A DNA stretch of 64,000 nucleotides from Octopus sinensis (lineage: Eukaryota). The notes below the pieces were generated by a model. That model did not search any database. It saw only the letters and a list, made by a program, of their open reading frames with translations, and had not been told where the DNA came from. Within the stretch, counting starts at the first letter, position 1. Each line of letters opens with the position of its first letter. Shown here piece after piece: positions 53,763 through 64,000 of this stretch. Both the position numbers and the translations under genes were made by a program. The stretch covers positions 20,894,001 through 20,958,000 of the forward strand of contig NC_043001.1 in NCBI RefSeq assembly GCF_006345805.1, written 5' to 3'.

Positions 53763-53872
53763 GTTTACAGCACCTAGGTTTCCCAAGCGGTCACCCATCT
53801 AAGTACTAACTAGGCTCGACTTGGCTTAACTTTGGTGATCGGACGAGAACTGGTCTTTCAAAGTGATATGGC
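53763..53872 (-). rRNA. Orphan 5S rRNA copy (variant or pseudogene, lacks about the first 7 nt)
   Basis: Reverse complement: GCCATATCAC..GTTCTCGTCCGATCACC.AAGTTAAGC..GTTAGTACTTAGATGGGTGACCGCTTGGGAA..GGTGCTGT, the 5S consensus including A and C boxes. Confidence 0.88.
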
Positions 53873-54855
53873 AGAGATAGATAGATATTCAAACGTGGTA
53901 TTTTAGTTCAAAAAGTTGTATTGAGTTGTGTCCCCTTAAAAGCTACCTTTTCGAATAAAAGCAAAACAGCAGACATTAAGTGCTGACTTAGTTGGTTCAC
54001 TTGTTCATACTAAAATCACATTATCATCACTATCATAACAATTGATATTTCTTCAACTACATTTGGGAAAATATTTTTTCACACTAGGCACAGGAGTGGC
54101 TGTGTGGTAAGTAGCTTGCTTACCAACCACATGGTTCCAGGTTCATTCCCACTGCATGACACCTTGAGCAAGTGTCTTCTACTATAGCCTTGGGCCGACC
54201 AAGGCCTTGTGAGTGGATTTGGTAGACGGAAACTGAGAGAAGCCCGTCGTATATATGTATCATCATCATCATCGTTTAACGTCCGTTTTCCATGCTAGCA
54301 TGGGTTGGACGGTTCGACTGGGGTCTGGGAAGCCAGGAGGCTGTGCCAGGCTCCAGTCTGATCTGGCAGTGTTTCTACAGCTGGATGCCCTTCCTAATGC
54401 CAACCACTCCGTGAGTGTAGTGGGTGCTATATATATATATGGTTATGTGTCTGTGTTTGTCCCCCCATCATCGCTTGACAACCGATGGTGGTGTGTTTAC
54501 GTCCCCATAACTTACCGGTTCAGCCAAAGAGATTAATAGAATAAGTACTAGGCTTACAAAGAATAAGTCCTGAGGTCGATTTGCTCGACTAAAGGCGGTC
54601 ACAGTCAAATGATTGAAACAAGTAAAAGAGTAAAGAGTAAAAGACACATTAATTCTTCTGGGTATATTTGCCAGGATATCACCAGCACTATCACCATGCT
54701 CAATTTTTCAAATTATCTTCAAACCCCAAACTGAAGAATCTGTCGGGGGTTTCTGAGTAGTAATTGTTGAGTTGGTGATTGAAGCTATATTTCGTTTGCT
54801 GTGTGAATAACAGAAGCAAAACCTGAAAACGTTTAACTGAAATATTTATCATTGC

Positions 54856-55100
54856 TATCTATCTATCCGCTCAGTCGAAGTCGACTCTTGGTTACACCTT
54901 GGATCAGTGTCCTCCAGTCAGTTCTATCCTGGGCTACTTCTTTCAGATTGGCTATGTCCATTCCGGTATCACTCTTGATGGTGTCAAGCCAGCGGGTTCT
55001 TGGTCGGCCTCTTCCTCTCTTGCCACTTACCATTCTGAGCATGATGTCCTTCTCCAGGGATTTTCTCCGCATAATATGACCGAAATATGCCAATCTATTT
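54856..55100 (-). mobile_element. Second RTE family (BovB-like) 3' fragment
   Basis: YFGHIMRR.SLEKDIML..VSGKRGRGRPRTRWLD..QDRTDWR.LI.GVTKSR. Confidence 0.85.
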
Positions 55101-55238
55101 ATCATTGCACATAAAAACAATCTGTTTTGGCCATTTACAATTAACAACAACAATAATTACAGACCGGGACAGAAATACTGCTGAGATTACAGAAAGCAAT
55201 TGGTACAGCAACATACAGTTGGCCCAACATCAACTGCA

Positions 55239-55615
55239 GTGGAGGCACAATGGCCCAATGGTTAGGGCAGCGGACTCACGGTTGGAGGATCGCGGGTTTC
55301 GATTCCCAGACTGGGCGTTGTGTGTGTTTATTGAGCGAAAACATGTAAAACGCCATGAGGCTCCGGCAGGGTGTGGTGGCGACCCCTGTTGTACTCTTTT
55401 GCCCCAACTTTCTCTCACTCTTTCTTCCTGTTTCTTGTCCCCGACTTCCTACACAACCGCTGAGCCTGGATGCGCATCCATCCATCCGTTGACGCTCTCG
55501 GTGTCAGGGGTTGGCCTGCTTCCTCTTCTGTGGGTCTTACGAATAGCAAAGGACCACGTTTCAGACTTCTCCCACTACAGACGGGACGAAGACCGCTTCG
55601 CTCAACAAACAAACA
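55239..55615 (+). mobile_element. tRNA(Arg)-derived SINE, tail type A, 13-bp TSD
   Basis: TSD AACATCAACTGCA at 55226 and 55616; sister of 25457. Confidence 0.88.
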
Positions 55616-56838
55616 AACATCAACTGCACTATCTTCATGTCAGCATGAAGATAGCACAGTCCTCAGCCGTCTATTTGGTAAGAATGGAGGCACATGTTGC
55701 TCAGCTGCCACAACATTCTACAATTAATTACCTTCAAAAGCAGTCTTTTATAGGGTGCAAGAAGATTCTGGACAATGGGTGTAGTAGTGGCTGTGTGGTA
55801 AGTAGCTTGCTTACCAACCACATGGTTCTGGGTTCAGTTCCACTGTGTGGCACCTTGGGCAAGTGGCTTCTACTATAGCCTCGGACCAACCAAAGCCTTG
55901 TGAGTGGATTTGGTAGATGGAAACTGAAAGAAGCCCATTATGTATATGTATGTATGTATGTATGCATGTGTGTGTATATGTTTGTCCCCCAACATCACTT
56001 GACAAGCAATGCTGATGTGTTTACGTCCCCGTAACTTAGCGGTTCGGCAAAAGAGACTGACAGAATAAGTACTAGGCTTACAAAGAATAAGTCCTGGGGT
56101 CGATTTGTTCGAATAAAGGCGGTGCTCCAGCATGGGCACAGTCAAATGACTGAAACAAGTAAAAGAGTAAAGAGTAAAATAGTAATTAAATCATGCCATA
56201 ACTTGATGTTGATTGGTTGCTAAATAGACTGATCACATGAAACTACTGTGGTTCAGATGAAATGTGTAGCCAGTTATCAAGTGATCTGGGTTTCAATCAC
56301 CACTCCAAATCCTTTCAGAACTGACCCACCCTTAGCATTCTTATACTATTTAGTATCTCATAACTCTGATACCTTGGAGTCTGGGAGTGGAAGAGTTCAA
56401 CTGTTTCCACTTTGTAATTCCTGGTACAATACATGTGTATGGATTGCTAATTTTTTTTATTCATTTACTTGTTTCAGTCATTTGACTGCGGCCACTGCGG
56501 CCGTGCTGGAGCACCACTTTTAGTCAAACAAATTGACCCCAGGACTTATTTTTTGTAAGCCTAGTACTTAGTCTATTGCTCTCTGTTGCCAAACTGCTAA
56601 GTTACAGGGACATAAACACACCAACATCAATTGTCAAGCAACCTTTGGTTGGCCCAGGACTATAGTAGAAGACACTTGCCCAAGGTGTCATGCAGTGAGA
56701 CTGAACCTAGAACCATGTAGTTGGGAAGCAAACTTTTTACCACACAGCCACTCTTGCACCTATGCATGTTTCTAAATTTTATATTCTGAGTTTGCTCTAG
56801 CACCCTGCCACTACCTTCTTATCTCTTTTAGTCATGTA

Positions 56839-56994
56839 TGAGGGGGTGATGAAAAGTTCCTGGCTGTAAGGGTTATCATGAAAGGCTTGGTTGGAAGCCC
56901 AACCATCTGAGTTCTTTTACAGGGCTTAGAAAAACTGAAGGACCACTGCAATAAGTGTGTGAATCTGAGTAAAGTTCTTTTGAGCACCCCTTCA
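56839..56994 (+). mobile_element. Mariner-derived MITE
   Basis: TA|TGAGGGGGTG..AAAAG ... CTTTTGAGCACCCCTTCA|TA. Internal remnant (GLEKLKDHCNKCVNL) resembles the mariner transposase C-terminus. Confidence 0.7.
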
Positions 56995-57254
56995 TATTTC
57001 CTCTATAGCAAGACACTTGTGCATATCCCTCACCCATACTTTAGCCTTTCAACACCCAGCATACAGCCACCAACTTCCAAATATTTCCTCTTAGCATTGG
57101 GAGCTTTTTTCCATTTCCATTTTTCATGCTCCTTCCTTTCTTGCAAGTTATATGGCAACCTCATTAGTGTTGGTGACATGGAAAAAGCATCCAGTACTCT
57201 TTGTAAAGCGGTTGGCATTAGGATGGACACCCAACTGTTGAAACATGCCAAAGA

Positions 57255-57830
57255 AGGCGAGCTGGCAGAAACGTTAGCAGGCAGGGCAAAATGCTTAGCA
57301 GTATTTTGTCTGCTGTTACGTTCTGAGTTCAAATTCCGCTGAGGTCTACTTTGCCTTTCATCCTTTCGGAGTTGATAAATTAAGTACCAGTTACACACTG
57401 GGGGCCGATGTAATCGACTTAATCCCTTTGTCTGTCCTTGTTTGTCCTCTTCCTGTTTAGCCCCTTGTGGGTAGAAAAGAAATAGGTATTTCATCTGCCG
57501 CTATGTTCTGAGTTCAAATTCCACCGAGGTTGACTTTGCCTTTCATTCTTTTGGGGTCGATTAAATAAGTACCAGTTACACACTGGGGATGATGTAATCG
57601 ACTTAATCCGTTTGTCCCCTGTGTGTTTAGCCCCTTGTGGGTAGTAAAGAAATAGGTATTTTGTCTGCCATTATGTTCTGAGTTCAAATTCCGCCGAGGT
57701 TGACTTTGCCTTTCATCCTTTCGGGGTCAATAAATTAAGTACCAGTTATGCACTGGGGTCGATGTAATCGACTTAATCCCTTTGTCTGTCCCCTCTGTGT
57801 TTAGCCCCTTGTGGGCAATAAAGAAATAAG
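57255..57830 (+). mobile_element. Nin-domain SINE trimer
   Basis: Full head followed by two 5'-truncated units joined at GAAATA|GGTATTT. Confidence 0.88.
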
Positions 57831-58735
57831 AAACATGCCAAAGAAGACACTGAAGCTTGACATGGATCTATAGCCCACTGGTTCTTGTCAAACTGTCCTA
57901 CACATGCTAGGGTGGAAAGCAGACAGTAAACGATGATGATGATGAGAGGGTTTAGCAGAATGTACTGCAGAGTGTATATGTATGTCAAAGGTCAACATCG
58001 TCCACTGCACTCAGCCTAAATTTTTGAAGTTCAACCTCTCCTGCAGTGTTGGGCTTAAGTTATCAGCTCCAACTACGTTGTTTATGAATGAGAAGTTTGC
58101 AGCCTGAAAAAAATTTGTGTAAATGCTGGTGTCACATATAGGGCACCCGTGCCAGTGCCACATATAAGGGTACCCGTGGCAGCATCACATAAAAAGCACT
58201 CAGTACTCTCTGTAAAATGGTGTTAGGGAATCCAGCTGTAGACATTAAATGATGAGATTATCTACATCTGCTTCCACTTAAGGACAAGATAGAAATATAA
58301 TCAGAATCCACTGCAATAATAATATTGCCAGGCTTTGTCTGAGGAGATACAATGCAGCTGTGGCCAGTAAAACTCCCAGGATAGTGTTTTAAGATTAACA
58401 ACCCAAAGATGTTTTTTGTTTTTTTTTATTTTCCTCTCAGTACCAATAAGAACTTATCTAAATAAGATTTAGGTATATAATCCTTATACAGCACTATGAA
58501 TTTGGTTTTTTTCAGCATGCAAATATAAAAACAAATTAACTAAATTATCTGAGTTCAAATTCCACTTAGATCGACTTTTGGGGCCAAGGAAATAATTACC
58601 AGTTGAGCACCGGGGTCAATGTAATTGACTAGCCACCTTCTCGTAAAAAATTTAAGTGCCTTGTGCCTATAGAAGGAATTATTACCTCAAATATCACAAC
58701 AGTCATCAATCAACAATTGAATCCTTACAGGGTTG

Positions 58736-59032
58736 TGTGGTGTTAGTGTTGTTATGGGCTGTGATGAGCTATGTGGTGTTGGTGGAGAGGATGACAGATG
58801 ACGTGGACGGAAGTAGGGCTTGCAGGGGCCGGCGGAAGAGTGAAAGGGGCATGCGTGGGCAGGAAGCATGCATGGTCAGCAAGCACATGTGGTCAGTTTC
58901 AGCAAAGACGGCAGAGCGACAGGACATGTTGAATTCGTGAGAGAGACAGCTGATTTCGCCAAGGTAAGGCCGCTTGTATTTCTGTCTCCCGTTGCTTCTT
59001 TTTCTGTTGTCCTTTTCCTCCATCACACTACA
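58736..59032. mobile_element. Solo LTR (297 bp), TSD GGTTG
   Basis: TGTGGTGT...ACACTACA termini; GGTTG at 58731-58735 and 59033-59037; GC-rich island. Confidence 0.75.
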
Positions 59033-59586
59033 GGTTGTTTGCTTTGTTTGAAATTGCAGTCAAATCTCCCTCAAATTACACGCCTTACCTTTTTAAATAA
59101 AGGAGTTATTAGATAATGTAGTTCCACATAAACCTGGATTACTGAATTGCTTTTAATTGCAGGTTTATTTTATCAGAGTTGGTTTAGAGCTAAAGAATTG
59201 GTAAAAGTACATTGGTTTGATTACAACAGTATCAAGCTTTTTGATGAAATTCTTTTCATGGCCAGCCTCTTTGTGTTGCGACATTTTGTTCCATATTCCA
59301 CCATATGGTCAATAGTAGTATTGCAGTTGTAAAAAAAAAAAAAACATGGTTTAGAGAAGTGCATGCAATGCAAAGATGATAAAATTTTCTAAATTCTGAA
59401 ACTAATGATGCAAAATCATTTTGGTTGAATTGAATTTGTACCAGTTTTCTTCAGTGTGTCTTCATTTGGTAATCCTCAAATCTAGCAATTAATAGATTAC
59501 CAGATCAGGAATCCAGTCAAGAGCTCTAAGGTTATTCTCTTAATCTATTGGCTACTTCTGTGCCATAAGTCTGCTTAAGGTACAGC

Positions 59587-59625
<39 letters not shown>

Positions 59626-59644
59626 AGCAGGGAAACAATATCAA

Positions 59645-59880
59645 TTATTGCTTCATTTCGTTTTGGATTTGATTTGCAAGATTCTTTATGTGAGTTTGTG
59701 TGTTGAAGTATATTCTGTTGTGTCAGGGGAGAGTCATTTTCTTTTGGTGCCTATTGAAAAGGTTGCAAGATGCAATGAAAATTTTAGGAAAATAAAAATA
59801 AGAAATAAGTGGAAATTTTACCGGTGAGTGTTAAATTATAAGGCACAAAAAGAGAATGACTCTCCCCAGACACAACAGAA
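59645..59880. mobile_element. Penelope-like remnant with inverted ends and minimal hammerhead-like motif (59750-59788)
   Basis: 59713-59752 is inverted relative to 59841-59880; same family as 7-198 and 26865-27000. Confidence 0.55.
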
Positions 59881-60597
59881 TTATGGTTTCATTTATTCAA
59901 AAATGTTTTTAAAAGAATGTCAACCTAACAAAATTTTGTATATATATATATATATATATATAGTTGTATATATGTGTGTGTGACATGAAGTTGTTTGCTT
60001 CCTAACCACATGGTTCTACATTCAGTCCCTTTGCATGGCACCATGGGCAAGTGTCTTCTACTATAGCTAACTAAAGCCTTAAGAGTGGATTTGGCAGACA
60101 GAAACTGAAAGAAGCCTATTGTGTGTGTGTGCTGGAGCGAGGAATTGGTCAATCTAAGGGCCAATAAATGGAAAATTGCAAAAGTATTAGAGTATACATG
60201 TGTGTGTGTATTAGTATATACACGTGTGTGTGTGTGTATGTATATATACAGATAGATAGATAGATAGACAGATAGATGTGTGTGGTGTGTGCTGTTATCT
60301 CCTTGCCTTGACACCTCAATAAATTTCGTTCACTCATGGAAAAGTAGATGTTAAAATGATGATGATGTATGTGTCTGAGTTTGTCTACCAGTGTTGGTTT
60401 GTTCACATCCTTGTACCTTAGTAGTTCAGAATAAGAGACTGATAGAATACATACTAAACTTAAAAAAAAAAAAAAAATCATTGGCGTCAATTTCTTCGAA
60501 ACCTTTAAAGGCGGTGCCCCAGCATGGTCACAGTTTAATGACTGAAACAAGTAAAAGGTGAAAAGTAAAATAAAATTTTTAAAAAATACCCCATTAA

Positions 60598-60818
60598 CCC
60601 TTTAGTGTTCGCATTATTCTGCCAAAATTAATCCTTTTTTATCCACATTGTTTTGAACTAATCATGCATTATCTTGTAGCTATGAGATTTTGATGAGGTA
60701 GCTGTTAATTTTTAAAATGACATTGTAGGGTTGGTGTGAGAGACCAGATCTGGCCAGTTTGAACATAAAACAGGCAGAATACTTTTGGCTGGATTTGGCC
60801 AGTTTAAACACTAAAGGG
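60598..60818. mobile_element. piggyBac-type MITE, TTAA TSD
   Basis: TTAA|CCCTTTAGTGTT...AACACTAAAGGG|TTAA. Confidence 0.88.
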
Positions 60819-62627
60819 TTAAAACAATTCGTTTTGGTTGATTCAGGCAAAAAATGAAATGAAACAAGACATTAATTCACAAAACTGAGTTACTGCTTAG
60901 CAATTTTATTGATGAGTAAATTAAAAACAAATAAACAATATTTGGCTCACATACTTCTGGTTTGAAATATTTACACAGTTGTCACCAATGTAAACTCGAG
61001 GAGGAAAATCAAACAGAGCATTCAAAAACTATCATACTAGGAAATATGGAAACATTTCAACCCATGTATTATTATCATTCAGAAAAACTCACATTATAAT
61101 GTACTCAAATGATCCATTCACAACATTCGCATCATCTGAATTAGATTCAATCAAGGTCTGTTTTTTTATAAACATTCAATTTTAATCAATCTTATTGAGA
61201 AAGAAATATTTATTCCACTGCTTGAAGAATTTGCATCATAGAGAACAGCTTTGAGAGAAATTTGCACAACCAAAATACAATTTTTTTTTTTTTTAGAACA
61301 AAAAGTAATTACTATTTTTATATTTGGGATTTGAAAATAAAAGATCAGTTTTAAGTTTGTAACGGAAAAAATAAATATATCATGAAATATTAATTGTTTA
61401 AATAGCATGGTAAAAACTGAGTTGATGAAATCTTTCAAGCATTTGAAGAGAGAAGAAGAAAAGAAAAAGATCGTAATCCAACAAAATGTCTTTTAAGACA
61501 ATGAAATGAAAGACTAATCTCAGTCAGACTCCTTTCCTTACATCATTATTTACAACGAGATTCAATTTACAAATATACAACTATCTAAAATTGTATTTAC
61601 ACCATCAAAATAGATAATAACAGTTACTTTTACAAAAGAAACATCACATACTTCTAAGTTTTGGCTGATTTTCCAAATACACACAAAGGCAGAACATTTA
61701 TTCAATTTCTGACAAAAATAAAAATACAAACACTCGAAAATTGAAAAAAAAAAAAAAAATCATTCTTTAAAAAATATTCATTCATGTTTTTTTCCCCTCA
61801 AGTACACAATTTCATGGACATAACTCTCCTTATAATTGCCATTTGGGAAGTATTACATAGGTAGGTACATTTACTCCCTGGTTGGTGGTCCAGCTCGGAA
61901 AGATTCCCTACCCAGAGCAGTTACACTGTTGAACACAGTGCTCTACCATTATTGAATGTTAAGTATGTGTGTTTATATTGTGTCAACATTTGTTGTTGTT
62001 GTTGTTTTGCCACAGGTCAACCCTGATAGAGCAGACTCATGACCATCCCTTCTTTTTTTTTTAGGGGTATTGTCTGGGACTACATTATATGTGTCCATTT
62101 CTTATTTAAGATAATAAGAGTGGAATTTGAGGGATATTAAGCTGCTATTTCTACAGTTTGAGTGACCATTTCAAATCTCTCTCTCTCTTGATCATGGGAA
62201 AAACCAGACTATCAGATGTTGTTATACATCGCTTGTCACAGTGCGCTTTGCATTGTTTCAGCCTTTGAATGATGTCATTCTACTGGCTAAGGTGAGCAGG
62301 CTAGTCAGAAGGTTTAGCCTTCCTGATCAGAAGGCTAATCCACCACACTGGACTGGAGCAACATGAAATGAAGTGCATTGCTCAAGAACACAATGTGCTG
62401 CTTGCTAGGTCCAGCAATCAAACCCATGATCTAGCAATCACGAATGCAACACTCTGGCCACTAGGCCATGTGCCTTCACACACACACACACACACACACA
62501 CAGGGATGCAGTCATACTTTAATGACAATAAAACTGAAATGAATCGAAACAATCTAGTTAAAAAAATTCTTGGTTCTGGTTTCTTTAAAATTCTTATAGA
62601 ACTTTTATTCTTTCAAAATATTTCGAA

Positions 62628-62730
62628 AATTATATTTAAAAAATATTACGAAACTGTTAATTATATTTAAAAAATATTACGAAACTGTTAATTATATTTA
62701 AAAAATATTACGAAACTGTTAATTATATTT
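62628..62730 (+). repeat. 31-bp minisatellite, about 3.3 copies
   Basis: AATTATATTTAAAAAATATTACGAAACTGTT repeated exactly. Confidence 0.92.
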
Positions 62731-62967
62731 TTTAAATAAGGATTTGATTAATAATGAATATTTTCTCCTAAAACTAGTTAGCTTTGACAAGAAGATGATA
62801 TAATGCTTAAGTTATAATAATTTCTATTTTCACCTGTTTTACCAGGCATTAAAAGTTGGAAGAAGTTGAATGTTGCTTATAAGAAATGATACTTTATATA
62901 TATATATATATGTCTACATATATATGATATATGAGTATATATATGTGTGCATATATGTATGTATGTG

Positions 62968-63025
<58 letters not shown>

Positions 63026-64000
63026 AATATATATATACATACAGACATATATGTTTTTAGTAACAAGCCTATGCAATGTGAACCATTTAACAAGGACAAT
63101 TTCACCAATATTTGTATTTTGAAATGCTACTCAACAAAAGATCCCTGAATTCGGAATTGAACTGGGACAGCCCTGCCAAACATGGAGCAAATTGAATTGA
63201 GAGGGTTTGTTTTCTACTTAACCACTCAATGCTTGTTACCTGAAAAATAGTTAGAAAATCTTTTAACTAACTGAACATTGTCTATATTATAAGACTTTAT
63301 GAATGAAGTTTAATAATATAGAATTTATTAAGTGTGATGTATACATATATACATATACATATACATAAATATATAATATATATCTATATATATATCATCA
63401 CTATTATTTTCATCACCATATATATTCCATTTGCTGAATATAATGTTGTTGCTTTTATTCCTAATAAAACCAACTCACAACTTCCTTAACTTTTAATTAC
63501 CATCTTCTTCTATTACCTAATGTCAGGTATGATGATGTTCCATTATTAATAGAATTTTCATGACATGGTCCTTTCATTATGTCTTTCAAAGCTAATAATA
63601 CCTGGGGTCGCTATTCCTTACAGAAAATCTGTGGCTGTCGAGGGTTTGCGTGCCCTCATCTGCCCTTAAAGTAAACAACTGCACTAAGAAGATTTGTTTG
63701 AAATTTTCAGATTGACTGAAGAAGCCTAGGAGATACCAGTATCAGTAGCTGATTAAACTTGACCCCAGTTCTGGACTGGAAGGTGTAAAAGCAAAGTTGA
63801 GTTGGTGAGGATTGAAATCATGGCATCAGAGCCAGAATTAAATAATGCAATGTATTTTGACCAATAACCTAGCAATTTTGCCTCTCTTTTAACTAGCAAA
63901 AATATTTAATACATACACATCCCTGTGTGTGTATATATATACGTGTATATATATATGTATATATATATATACATACATACAGATATATATATATATATAT

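Noticed and set aside
60946-61438. Minus-strand exon or ORF candidates
   Set aside because: Splice-like sites exist but frames close and the sequence is low-complexity AT-rich.

Overview
AT-rich, repeat-dense eukaryotic DNA. The SINE/LINE repertoire and microsatellite load suggest an octopus or other coleoid cephalopod (inference from recalled repeat families). Two single-exon ORFs sit head-to-head about 4 kb apart: ARV1 (minus, 2556-3299) and a three-KH-domain Nova/pasilla splicing regulator (plus, 7341-9011). About 14 kb of TE-poor sequence follows Nova, then a TE-saturated zone starts at about 23.7 kb. That zone holds several tRNA-derived SINE families, RTE and CR1 LINE fragments, a decayed full-length Gypsy element with TSD and an intact -1 frameshift signal, a solo LTR, a non-autonomous Helitron, piggyBac- and mariner-type MITEs, and a 5S rRNA copy. 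Best leads: (1) intronless Nova that lacks the usual N-terminal NLS while an NLS-like peptide lies out of frame in its leader; (2) minimal hammerhead-ribozyme-like motifs with a U3-A8 core in Penelope-like remnants; (3) two distant plus-strand candidate exons resembling tectonic, one inside a near-identical 1.1-kb tandem duplication; (4) a 217-bp-arm fold-back hairpin; (5) SINE multimers with one shared junction. No database searches were run. Family names come from motif recognition, and repeat boundaries are approximate unless a TSD is given.
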